Source: Cladosporium halotolerans
Taxonomy: Eukaryota
DNA: 64,000 bases
Direction: 5' to 3'
NCBI RefSeq assembly: GCF_011745625.1
Contig: NW_027191456.1
Span: forward strand, 62,001 to 126,000
In this document: positions 49,935-61,949 of the stretch, one piece after another
How the letters are laid out: each line of letters opens with the position of its first letter
Numbering within the stretch: position 1 is the stretch's first letter
The notes under the pieces: model-generated
Databases searched by the model: none
The model's input: the letters and a program-made list of their open reading frames with translations, nothing else
Told to the model about the DNA's origin: nothing
Translations under genes and position numbers: made by a program

Positions 49935-50761
49935 TATCGTGCCGAGAGACGAATAGAGGCCTATTGCAGCCGCCGCAGGTAAGCCTTCAAGCGAGATGGA
50001 AAATGGGACGGAGGAGGCATGGTAGGCTTGGCCAGTGATTCTTTGTACTCGGTGAGCCACCAATGACGACAGATGAATGACCTGCGAGAAACGGGATATC
50101 CACAGATAGGCTTTGGGGGAGATCCACTGTTTAGACCGTGAGTCTGCCCTACGAATTCACAGTGATGATTGGGCGGCTGTAAGCGCAGCGAGCCCTTCTC
50201 CGGATCACCTAGGGCTCAAAGCTGGAGAAAAGTAGCTATGTTTTGATGGAGATAATACCATCTGTCACTCACAGAGTGAAAGCACAAGATCGCAGAGAAA
50301 AAAGATTCAATCAGAGAGGCCACCCGATCTTTGGCCATAGCGCACCGCAGAGACCCGCATCTGTCCACCCGAATCAGTGCGGTGTACGTACAACGTGCTT
50401 AACGTCTTGGACCAATGGTCGGCGGCCCAGGTATTTCGGAAACTCTCTCCACCATACAATGGCCGGCCGCCCTTCTCTGTCACGCCGTGCAAACAGCTGA
50501 GCTGCAAGCCATACCCAGGTACGGTCATTGTCAGCCTTGCGATCCCAGCAACACGCGATTTCACCCGCACCATCAGGTTTCTCACCCTTGCAACGCTGTG
50601 GCGGACTCGTTGAAGTGCCAAGACGGGTATGGGACTGAAGCCAAGAGGACAAGACACCAGCGCCGAACGCCAAGCGATACCTCTGCTTCTAGACAAAAAG
50701 CATTGGGTCTGCTGTTTGGCAAAATGTCCATTGCTACTGTTCAGATCGACTACGAGCACCC
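49935..50761. promoter_or_regulatory. Bidirectional antiporter/ENA promoter with PacC (GCCARG) and Crz1-type sites
   Basis: GCCAAG at 50617, 50640 and 50669; CTTGGC at 50027; TGAGCCAC (reverse complement GTGGCTCA, matching GNGGCKCA) at 50053-50060. Confidence 0.65.
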
Positions 50762-53700
50762 ATGGCAGACAAAGAGAAATCCGCTGCCACCCCGACTGCA
50801 ATGTCGGGGTCCGGCAACAAGCCCCTCTCGAGACCAGCCCACGCTTTGACGTTCGCGGCTGTTGTCGAGGAACTGCAGGCTGACGATGTTTCTGGTCTGA
50901 CACCCGCGGCCGCCAAAGAACGACTCCAAACGTATGGATCGAACGACCTCGGCGAAGGCGGCGGCGTCCAGCCGGCCAAAATCCTCCTTCGCCAGGTCGC
51001 AAACGCAATGACTCTAGTAACGTGTACCATATCACCCATTGTCGCGGTGAGATCGCTGATCCACTGGCTGGCAGGTGCTCATTCTAGCCATGGCTGTCAG
51101 TTTTGGCATTAAGTCATGGATAGAAGGAGGTGTTATCGCCGCCGTCATTGCTCTCAACATCGTCGTCGGCTTTTGGCAAGAGTTCAACGCTGAAAAGACG
51201 ATGGACTCTCTCAAAAGTCTCAGCTCTCCGACCGCTAGCGCCATCCGCAACAGCGAGAACATCACTATTCCGACTGTCGAGATCGTTCCTGGTGACATGG
51301 TCGAGCTGAAGACTGGTGACACCGTTCCAGCTGACTTGAGGTATGTCTTTAATTCCTTCGCGGGGCCACATCCTGCTATCCTGCATCGCCGGGCACGTGT
51401 TAAGCTGACTTCGGCAGACTGGTTGAAGCCGTCAACTTCGAAACTGATGAGGCCCTCCTCACCGGCGAGTCGCTCCCTGTTCGCAAAGAGCCTGAACTTC
51501 TACTCGACGACGACACTGGCCCCGGAGATCGCCTCAACGTAGCCTACAGTTCTTCCACGGTCACCAAAGGCAGAGCTCGAGGTGTCGTTTTCGCTACTGG
51601 TCTGAACACCGAGATTGGATCGATTGCTGCGGCTCTTCGAGCTACTGGTTCAAAGGTTTGACCTACTTTCGTCTAGAAAGTCTGTCATGACGAAGCTAAT
51701 GTTTTCTTAGCGCCGCCCTGTCAAGCGTAACGAGCAGGGAAAGGCTGGCCCGCATCGCTACGCTCAGGCATGGAGTCTGACGACCACCGATGCTATCGGC
51801 AGGTTCCTTGGCGTCAACGTCGGAACGCCGCTGCAAAAGAAGCTCTCTCGCCTTGCAGTCTTGTTGTTCTGTATCGCTGTCGTCTGCGCCATTATCGTAC
51901 TGGCTGCAAACGACTTCTCGAACGAGCAGGAGGTTATTATCTACGCCGTCGCTACAGGCTTGAGTATGATCCCCGCGTCGCTGATCGTCGTCCTCACTAT
52001 TACTATGGCTGCGGGTACGAAGCGTATGGTCGAACGACACGTTATCGTGCGAAACCTCAAGTCTCTCGAGGCTCTCGGCGCCGTAACGGACATCTGCAGT
52101 GACAAGACCGGAACCTTGACCCAGGGCAAAATGATCACCAAGAAGGCCTACGTTCCAGCGTCCGGGACGTTCTCCGTCGAGGACGCCAACGAGCCTTTCA
52201 ACCCGACCGGCGGACATGTCACGATCACGCCTGCTTCGTCTAAAGATGGTCTTCCCGGCTCTACGACACCTGTTGATATGAGCACGGCAACCTCCGACCC
52301 GAATCTGAGTGGTTTCCTCGACGTCGCCGCTCTCGCCAACATCTCTACCGTATGGCAAGGCAAGGAAGACGGACAATGGCACGCCAGAGGTGACCCAACC
52401 GAGATCGCTATCAACGTCTTCGCTGCTCGTTTCGGATGGTCCAGGTCGAAGCTCATCGGCACGGACAATGCCACCTGGAAGACTCTCTTGGAATTCCCCT
52501 TCGACTCCGACGTCAAGAAAATGTCGGTCATCCTTGAGAACGTCGAAACTGAGAAACTTCAGGTCTTCACGAAGGGCGCGGTCGAGCGTGTCTTGCAGAC
52601 CTGCTCGAACTTCTACGCTACACAGGGTTCCGATGAGCTCACTGAGATGACCGACGCCCACCGCGAGAAGATCCTCGAGACCATGGAAGAATTCGCCTCG
52701 TTCGGCCTTCGTGTTCTGGCGTTGGCCAGCCGTGAGGCTCCCACGCATCTGAACTACGAGAAGGAAATCGACCGCAACCAAGTGGAGTGTGAGCTCACGT
52801 TCCGCGGCCTCATCGGACTGTACGACCCACCGCGCGCCGAATCTGCTGCTTCCGTCAGGGAATGTCGTCAGGCAGGCATTGAAGTGCACATGCTCACGGG
52901 TGATCACCCTGGAACTGCTCGTGCGATTGCGATTGACGTTGGTATCCTGCCCTCCAAGAAGAAAATGGAGTCTCTGCCCAAAGATGTCGCCAGTTCGCTC
53001 GTCATGACTGCGGGTGAATTCGACAAGCTCGACGACGATCAGATCGACCAACTTCCAACCCTGCCGCTCGTCGTGGCAAGATGTGCTCCGAACACGAAGG
53101 TTCGCATGATTGAAGCTTTGCACCGCAGGAAGCGTTTTGCCGCCATGGTAAGTGAAAATCTACCCCGCCACGTATCCTGATCAATCGCTAACAAAGTGGC
53201 CAGACTGGCGACGGCGTGAACGACTCACCCTCTCTCAAACGCGCTGACGTGGGTATTGCAATGGGAATGGCCGGCAGTGACGTTGCCAAAGACGCCTCCG
53301 ACATTGTTCTGACCGACGACAACTTCGCCAGTATCATCAACGCCATCGAAGAGGGCAGACGCATGTTCGACAACATCCAAAAGTTCATCCTGCATCTTCT
53401 CGCTGAGAACATCGCCCAAGCATGCACTTTGCTCATCGGTCTCGCCTTCAAAGACTCTCGTGGTCTCTCCGTCTTCCCTCTCGCTCCGGTTGAGATTCTT
53501 TGGGTATGTGGAATTGCTTAAGCGGACCCTAGTTACCTCTGCTAACGATTCCAGGTCATCATGATTACTTCCGGTATGCCTGACATGGGTCTCGGTTTCG
53601 AAGCTGCGACACCCGACATCATGAACCGCCCGCCTCAGTCTCTGAAGAGAGGTGTCTTCACTCTCGAGGTAATGGTCGATATGCTCGCGTACGGACTGTG

Positions 53701-54326
53701 GGTCGCAGCATTGTGCCTGGGCTCATTCTCTCTCGTCCTCTTCGGCTTCGGCGATGGCGACCTTGGCGTCAACTGCAACGACTCGTACTCTCAGGAGTGC
53801 GACACCGTCTTCCGTGCCCGCGCCACTTGCTTCGCCTGCCTGACCTGGTTCGCCTTGTTCCTGGCGTGGGAGCTGGTCGACATGCGCAGGAGTTTCTTCC
53901 GCATGCAGCCCGGCAGCAAGAAATACTTCACGCAATGGTGCGTCCCCCAACCCCACATTTATCCCTCAAGAAGCCAAAACTAACTCCCATCCCAGGATGT
54001 ACGACGTCCGCCGCAACAAGTTCCTCTTCTGGGCCATCATCTTCGGCTTCATCACCATCTTCCCCACGCTCTACATCCCCGTGATCAACCACGTCGTCTT
54101 CAAGCACGAAGGCATCACGTGGGAGTGGGCGGTCGTCGTCGTCGCCACCACGCTCTTCTTCATCGGCGTCGAGGCCTGGAAGTTCGGCAAGCGCGTCTTC
54201 TTCCGCCGCTACATCCCCAAGGGCGGCAAGAGCCAGCTCATGGACTGGGAGGGCAACGAGTCGTCCGAGGCGGAGAAGGGAGAGATCGCGGAGAAAGGAG
54301 AGGTCCAGACCAAGGGAGCCCAATAA
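50762..54326 (+). CDS. ENA1: P-type IID Na+/K+-efflux ATPase (ENA), 7 exons
   Basis: TGES, SMIPASL, DKTGTLT, KGA, DPPR, TGD, ENA signature [22 protein letters not shown]. Confidence 0.93.
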
Positions 54327-55544
54327 CATTGGCTGGATCGGGGGGAGCGGGAGGGCGCTCGTCGGGAACCTGGCTCTTTCCTGAGCCGGGTTCCCGACGA
54401 GCGCTGCAGGGGTGAGGCGCGAGCTCTGAGATTCTTGAGTCATGTCTTTGTCAAGGTCTGAGTTCTTTGCATGGGGAGTTGGCGTCGCGTTAGCGTTGCG
54501 ATTGGAGGGAGTATCCGGGTCATGGTCTCTAGGGCCATGACCTCATTATATGAAAAGCACTCACGTGTCACAGGGACCGACTGTTGGTCGGTGGCTCGAC
54601 GGCATTATACCACGGCAGCCAGTCGTCGGGCTGAGCAGTCGGATTTGGAGGAGATCAAGGTACTGGTAATTAACGGATCCAGAAGCTGCGTTCAACAGCA
54701 GACTGGCCAACTAGAGCCTACGGAACGCTTCAACAGCACGCGGGCGCACTTGCGTATTCACTAGTTAGAGTTTATAGCATGAGATTAGAAATTAAAGGAA
54801 GAAAATCGAGAAAAGGTCACTATCGTGCATCATTTTGTACTATTTGGATACCTCGCAGTCCGGCATTGCAGCACCAGGCGAGGAGGGCCACCAAACGTCC
54901 TAGGTGTAACGTACCTTCTGGTAACGAACATCGCTATCGCTCAAGCTAAGCCTCTATTAAAACCACGCGCTGTAGCAATAGCCGGGCTTTCATGCAGGCA
55001 GGCACCAGCTTCGACAATCAGTAACGGAGTACCGCATCCAAGGTCCAGCTGATGAGAAGAGCCTACGGCATATTCTTCGCGCATCCGAGAGCAGGGAAGT
55101 TATCCAAGGAAAACCAGAAGATTACGACTTCCCTGCGCTCCTCATGTGAGGAGATCTAGGAAGTCTCCGGGCTGTCTATCAAGCAATGGCGTGACGAGGG
55201 CATCTCAAAATACCGCTTGGCTGATGGTAGTAGCGCATCGGCTCGGAGAAATAACCACCGTCCAAGGTCGATTGTACTTGGCCGAGTCTCAAATCGTATT
55301 CTCTCATCTCACTGGCACAGAGCCTTGGTCGTAGATAAAATGCAGGATAGTAGCGGTGAACGAACGTGGAGACTGTTGGTTTGTAGAACACAGTTGCACT
55401 CTCAATGCTCTCAACTTCATAAAATTTGCGCGGCTCGAACTGTCACCCTTCGATCTCAAACCAGTGTAGATAGTGTATGTATATGTACAAGAGAAAACCC
55501 CTTCGCTTCCATCGCTAATGCTTCGTACATTCCGACCCTCAAAC

Positions 55545-57712
55545 CTATAGGTTAGGCGACAACTGATCATACTTGACACACATCTCGACGCTCTCGACGC
55601 TCGCCTGCAAGAACTTCCTCGCCTCCAGACCCGCCCAGACCTTGACCATAGACAAGTCGCCGGACCTCAGGATGGAGCCGCTGCTCTGCGCGCCGAGCTG
55701 GCGGAGGATGGGGAGGGCACTGTATCCACAATTTCAGCAAACGAATCACAAAATCCGTCGGAGACGAAAAAGAAAGGCAAGACTCACCCAGAGAACAAAT
55801 CCAAATCCGGATCCAACGACCTCCCAATCCCCTCCAGCAGCAGAATGCTCAGCACAACGTTGACGAAATCGCCCTCGAGCCGCACGTGGTGGTTGCGGAC
55901 CATACTCAGGACCTCGTTCAGGATATCGCCGATCTTGATATTCCCCAGCGCGAACGTGCGGCTCTTGACGCCCAGGACGAGGTGCTGCATTCTCAGCGCG
56001 AAGACCTCCGCGTCCAAGACGGCGTCCGGCTGCCGGCAGCGCTCGACCATCAGGTGGCCGGCCTTGTAGCCGTCGAACTCGGCGATGGCCTTGAAGAGGT
56101 CGAGGAAGTTGGTGCGGTTCGTCGTGTTGAGTTCCGTGACCAGGCCCGTGTCGATGAAGATGAGCTGCGGCCGGTAGCCCTCCTTGTCGATCTGCGCGAG
56201 GGTCTCGGTCCAGGCGCCCTTCTCGTCGCGGTGCGGGCGCAGGCGCTGCAGGACCTCTTCCGTGACGTCCTTGGAGTCCGAGGGCAGGGCCTCGGCGCGC
56301 TTCTTGAACGACGGCAGGCTCTTGCCCATCTCGAGCGTGGCGGGCTTGTAGAAGCGCACCATGATGTTGCCCGGGTGCAGGTCGGCGTGGATGAAGTTGT
56401 CGATGAGCAGCATGTGCAGGAAGGCGTCGAGCCCCTCGTCCGCGATCTCCTTCTGGAAGACGCCGCCGCCGTTCTGCAGGAAGTGCTCGAGCGGGATGCC
56501 CGTGGCGAACTCCTCGACGAGCACCTTGCGCGTCGTGTACTGGTCGTACGGGTACGGGAACCAGGCGGTGCTGCGGTTGCGGAAGTTCTTGCGGAAGAGC
56601 GTGAGGTTGGCGGACTCGATGCGCAGGTCGAGCTGCAGGCGCATCATCTCGCCGAACTGCGCGACCTCGTCGGGGAAGGAGAACCACTCCATCGTCGGGA
56701 TGGCGTTGATGACCTGCGCGAAGAAGCCCATGATCTTCAGATCCCGCCTGACGACCCGCTCGATCTTCGGATGCAGCACCTTGATCGCCACATAGTTCGA
56801 CGGCACCCTCTGCGGCGTGCTCTTCAGCAGCGGATCGACCGTCTTGCGCGCCCTCTCCGCCAGCGTCTGCGGGTAACGCGCCGTCGTCGTGTCCTCCGTC
56901 GGGACCAGATCCGGCTTCAACTTCGCCTTGTAAACCTGCGCGATGGCCCCCACGCCCAGCGGCTTCTCCTGAAACTCCTCGAAGATATCCTCAAAGTCCC
57001 TCCCGAACGCCTGCTCGATCGTCGCCTTCGTCACGCGCAGCGAGTGCGCCGGCGCATTCGAGTGCAGCGCCGACATGATCGCGCACATCTCGTCGGGGAA
57101 AATATCCGTCCTGCTGGCCGCCCACTGGCCGAGCTTGATAAACGCGGCCCCAGACCTCTCCATCGACCAGACGAGGAACCGATACCAGAGCAACGTCCCC
57201 GAGCGCTCGTTATCGCGCTCCGGCACGCGCTGGCCAAGCCACATGATGGGCACCGAAAGCAAGACGGGCGCGAAAATAACAACCAGATGCAAAAACCGCA
57301 GCCCCGTCGCGACCGGCTCGACGATCCAAGTATCCACGAACCGCCAGATGCCGACGCGGACCTTCTTCGACCCGCGCAGCGGCGGGGGCACGTAGTTGGC
57401 CAGCTCCTCCCTGCTGGCCTGCAGCATCTTCTCCTCGCCGGTCTTGCCGTCCTCGCCGTGCGGCTGCTCGCCTATCGCGACGAACGACAGCGGGCTGAGA
57501 GCGGCGGCCGCGAGGAGCGCGGAGCCGCCGCCGCCGCCTTTGATGGGGCCGGGCGGGCGGCGGAAGAAGTACTTCGCATGCTGGGCGAAGGAGAAGCCGC
57601 GCGCGCCGCGGCCGCTGTGCAGGCTGTATTGGAGGTGTCGGAGGAGTTGGGGGCGGATGGGCTGGTGGGCGAGTCGGAAGCAGCGCTGGCCGGCGTGCAG
57701 GCCGGCGCGCAT
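55545..57712 (-). CDS. Mitochondrial ABC1/UbiB atypical kinase (Cqd1/YPL109C-like), 2 exons
   Basis: Arg-rich presequence; FIKLGQWAASRTD, LGVGAIAQVY, VAIKV, HADLHPGN, IDTGL; last exon ends KYDQLSPNL-stop. Confidence 0.88.
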
Positions 57713-58540
57713 TCTCGGTTTGGCGGGTCTATTGCGCGCGGGCGGGCGGTGTCATGTTATGGTGTAGTAGGTTGGGATGGTTTGGAGCGGGGTGTGAAGG
57801 GCGGGTTGAGATATGCGGCGGCAATGCGATGTTTCGTGCTGAGGTGGTGAGGCCTGCGAAGCGTCCCTGCCGGAATACGTCATTTGGCTATCACATGAAA
57901 GCAAAGCGAAGTCAGAATGCACGGTCCCCAACATTGCTATCATTTGCATGCGAGACGAAGAATAGCTAGCATCTTACTCGGTACCCTGACAGTACCTACA
58001 CGATCATGTTCTTACTCGGAAGACGTGTATGCCACGGTATTATAGAGGGAAACGGTCGAGCTTACGATGGCAACAGCCACCTCAATGGATACCAGCGTCT
58101 AATCTTCAAATTCATGACTTCGTCCATGGCCCCTGCTAATGTGAACATCTATCCCCGACCGTCGCTACATCCATGCGTAGGTGGTCTATGCCATCGTGCC
58201 ATTTCAGGACCTCGCTTCCGCGCGTCCCGCTCCATCGATAATATCACCTCACGTCCTCATGCCAGACCTCGTTCTACGTCGAGTCTCGCAAGGCACGCAG
58301 CTCTTAGGTAGTATTCAGAGCTCGCGAGGGCGAAAGGCCCCCAGCCATATTCCGGCGTTCTCTCTCGCCTGAAATTCCGTCCGTCAGAAAGGCCTTCCCC
58401 TGCGCCGGATCGTTGGCCGCGGCAGGAACCTTCTAGGTAGGTGGCCTTGGTTGACCCTTCACCATTAGAAAAACGCGTTCAACATCACCACCATCCTATA
58501 CGCTCCCTCATCAACCAACCCCCCCAAATCACTCACTCAC

Positions 58541-60139
58541 TCACTCCGCACAACAAACCGCCACCGCGGCGCCCAAAATCGAGCTCTCCGGCGCCATCTC
58601 CAACGCCACCTTCCTCCCGCCCTCGCCAACCCCCATCCCCTCCCCACAAAGCGCATCCAGCACCCCCTGCGTCCCCTGCAAGAAACCAGGGTACTTCTCC
58701 GCCAGCGTGCCATTGCAAGCAATGCTCACGGCGCTGCCGTCGCAGCCGGGCTCGAGCCCTTCCTCGCGCGTGCGCAGGCGCCAGAGAGCGTGCAGGGCTG
58801 TGGCCAGGTACGCCTGGGCGCGGCGCGAGACGAGCTGCGCGGTCGTGCGGAGGAAGAGCCAGTCTTCTTGCCTTGGCGCTGGCGCGGAAGGCGGGAGGCG
58901 GTGGGAGGCGAGGAAGGTCGCGGAGGCGGTGGAGAGGGCGGGGTCGGGGTCTGCTTCGAAGGCCGCGAGGAGGCGGGTGTCGAGGGCGTAGGGCTCGGTG
59001 AGGAGCTCGGGGACGTGGCCGGCGAAGAGCCCCGCGGAGGCGATGGCGTCGAGGAGGATGAGGCGGGCGATCTCGCCCAGGTAGCGGCCGGTGCAGAGGT
59101 ATTCGAGGGGCTGGAAGTCCGGGAGAGTGTGGGCGGCGTTGAGGGCGTCGTCCCAGCGGGTGGTGGGCAGGGTGTGCTTGCCGAACATGCTGAGCTCGGT
59201 GTTGACGAGGACGTGGGCGGCGGAGCGGAACCAGGCTGCGGGGCGGGGGCCGAATTTGGCGCGCGCGAGGGCGGTGGTGGGCAGGTAGACGGCGGCGTTC
59301 ATGCCGGTGCCGAGGATGAGGGACATGCGGGCGGTGGGGTCGCGGTAGGCTTGCGAGACGAGGGTGGCGGAGCCGTCGTTGACGATCGCGCGCATCTCGA
59401 CGTTGACGTTCTTGCGCCGGCAGGAGCGCATGATGAGCTCGCTGAGGTCTTGCTCCTCGCAGCCGTGCGTCGCGCAGAAGCCTTTGCCCATGGCGAGCAG
59501 TTTGCCCGTCCTGGGACTCGTCTGTTCTACGGGGAACGACCAAGCGAGCCCCATGGGCAGCCTGGCGTCGGTGGTGCCGTTCATGTGGTTGTACTCGGCC
59601 AGCATGTCCGCGATGCGCTCCGCCATCCAGTCGAAGAACTCCTGGCCTTTGAGGTCGCGGATCTTCTTGTCGATCACGACATTGCGTATCCGCCTGATTT
59701 GAATCTCGCTCTCACCGTTCTCCTTCCTCCCGCACAATCTGATCAACGCGACCCTGAACGTCGATCCGCCGACGTCCAGAGCTAGAAAATCGCCCTTCTC
59801 CAATCCAGTGGGCAGCGTGTGCTGGTACGACGGCAGCATAGAAATGTTCGACGACTGCAGGCGCTCCTTGTACTCCTTCTGCAGTTTGTCGGAGTAGTCC
59901 AGCAGGCGGTCGAGGCTCAGCGGCTTCTCGAAGACCGCGCGGGTCTCGGCCGTGAATTCTTCCATGCTCTTCTCGTAGACCTGCTCCACTACATGGCGGG
60001 GTTGCTTCGTTCTGATGTGGTGAGTGGATGTGAGTGTTTGCAGCAGAGGTGACAGCATGACCATGATCGCTTTGAAGAGGCGCGTTTGCTTGCACAGGTC
60101 GAATATCAACGCCAGGAAGGGCTGCCGTGCTGATGTCAT
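58541..60139 (-). CDS. Hexokinase-family protein, atypical (probably regulatory, XprF/HxkC-like)
   Basis: MLPSY..LPTG.EKGDFLALDVGGSTFRV, GLAWSFP, IVND, ILGTGMNA, NTELSMFG, GRYLGEI; first ATG at 60139. Confidence 0.82.
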   Translation of the reverse strand: MTSARQPFLALIFDLCKQTRLFKAIMVMLSPLLQTLTSTHHIRTKQPRHVVEQVYEKSMEEFTAETRAVFEKPLSLDRLLDYSDKLQKEYKERLQSSNISMLPSYQHTLPTGLEKGDFLALDVGGSTFRVALIRLCGRKENGESEIQIRRIRNVVIDKKIRDLKGQEFFDWMAERIADMLAEYNHMNGTTDARLPMGLAWSFPVEQTSPRTGKLLAMGKGFCATHGCEEQDLSELIMRSCRRKNVNVEMRAIVNDGSATLVSQAYRDPTARMSLILGTGMNAAVYLPTTALARAKFGPRPAAWFRSAAHVLVNTELSMFGKHTLPTTRWDDALNAAHTLPDFQPLEYLCTGRYLGEIARLILLDAIASAGLFAGHVPELLTEPYALDTRLLAAFEADPDPALSTASATFLASHRLPPSAPAPRQEDWLFLRTTAQLVSRRAQAYLATALHALWRLRTREEGLEPGCDGSAVSIACNGTLAEKYPGFLQGTQGVLDALCGEGMGVGEGGRKVALEMAPESSILGAAVAVCCAE

Positions 60140-60790
60140 TGGTTGGCTTGCGGGAGAGTGAATGTCGATGGTCGTCGCTGTGGTGAATGCAGGCAGTGCG
60201 AGCAAACGAGCGGGCGGCACTGGCAACGAGTGTTTTGTAGATCTACGCGGACGGTGACATGGGCGATGCGTGCAATGCTCCCAGGGCGCAGCAGAGAAAT
60301 GAGGCCGGCCTTTAGGGTTTTTGGGTTGCAGGCCAGACGAGGTCCCACGCAGGCGAGGTGCCTTCACGGGTGGACGCTCGCAGGCAGGCGAGGGCAGCGA
60401 AGATGCAACGGCACGGTAGTGGAGCTAGGCAAGGAGCGAGCGCTCTGCATTCTCGTTTGCTGTCAACGCGAGGAGGTTGCTTGGGTGGTGGGTTGGCGGT
60501 AGCAGTCGCAGGGAGCGAGCCGGGGCCGATGTAGGAGGCCGGCGAGTCGTGCAGGCCCGCAGGCGATCATGCACATGCCCAGCAGGCCGGCAGAGCGGAG
60601 CTGATGGAGAATTACTGTCGCAGCGGCGGGCGGCGGGCGTGGCAGGCGGACGAGATGCGGGCTGCGAGATGCAACGTGCCTGGAGGCTCGATAGGGCCGG
60701 GCGAAGAGAGCGTTGGAGTGTATGTGACCCGAGCCCGGGTGCCACCACTACCCGCACCGGTAAAGCAGCGATGTAGGAGGCTAAGGTAGG

Positions 60791-60815
60791 TAGGGTAGGG
60801 TAGGGTAGGGTAGGG
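60791..60815 (+). repeat. (TAGGG)5 microsatellite
   Basis: Five perfect TAGGG units with degenerate TAGG flanks. Confidence 0.85.
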
Positions 60816-61949
60816 TAGGTAACCTAAGGCACGAAGGCACGCACGGTATTGGCGTGGCTGGCTGGCTGAGGCAGGCTGGCGCTGGCTGGCTGGGCCGGGG
60901 TTGATGGGAGCCGCGTGGTGGGCGTCGTGGGCGTACTCGGCGTACGGGCGGCGTCCCAGCGGTGCCAGCAAGAGACGCGGCAGACCAGACCACGCCAGTG
61001 CTAGCAACAACTAACAACAATTGGTGGTGCCGGTGCCACCCAAGCGGTTGGCGGACGGCGGCCTGAAACGTTACATCTCGACCCGGCCGCGGCGCGCCCT
61101 TGGCGACGTTGCATTCGACGACGGGCCATCCTCGCCTTTCGCCAGAGCTGCGGACTGCGACGACGCTTTGGTGCTGTCGTTGCATACATTACGTGAGGGG
61201 TAGGTAAGGTAGGAGCTGCTAGCGAGGGCGATCGCCTACATGGATGGCCACCGGGCTTCTGGCGATACGCGAAAGTCGTCAGGTGGGTTATCGGTATCGC
61301 GTAAGGTACATGTATGCAGCTGATAGTGCATCGGGCTGACGCGCCTCGTTGCTGCAATGGGCGTGGTGCACGTGGTTTTTGTGTCACTTGCTCGTTTCGG
61401 ATTCTGCGACGCAAGGTAGGGATATCACGCGTGATGAGGGTGCAAGTCAGGGCGAATCAAAATCGCAAACATTTGCATACTGAAAATCGCCGTGTGTAAC
61501 GATGCTCGTCGAAGACCGACCACGTGGTATCCATGCAATAATAACCCAAAACACGCAGCCAAATAGAAACTCAATCAAGAATTTCCACTGCATTCATGAC
61601 AAGAAGTCCACGTACAGGTCAGCCGCAAGATATTGTGGAAGGAACGCTCAGAATAATGTAAGTATGTAGGTATGCATCTCATTAATTCATTACCTTACCA
61701 ACAACCGAACCAATTCCATCATCATCAAGAAAAAAAAAAAAAACGCAAAATCTCCGCGAAACCATACCCCAGCCAGCCAGCGCCCAAACAGCCAGGCCGG
61801 CCGGGAGGCCATCCATGCATCGCATCGCAATCCAAAAAGACAAAAACACCCAGGACCGAGGCCCTCAGGCATCCAACTCGCAGCCGCAGTCGCGAGCGAT
61901 CAGCACAGAGTCCAACCAATCCCTAGGATGAACGTCGCCATCCACTAAC

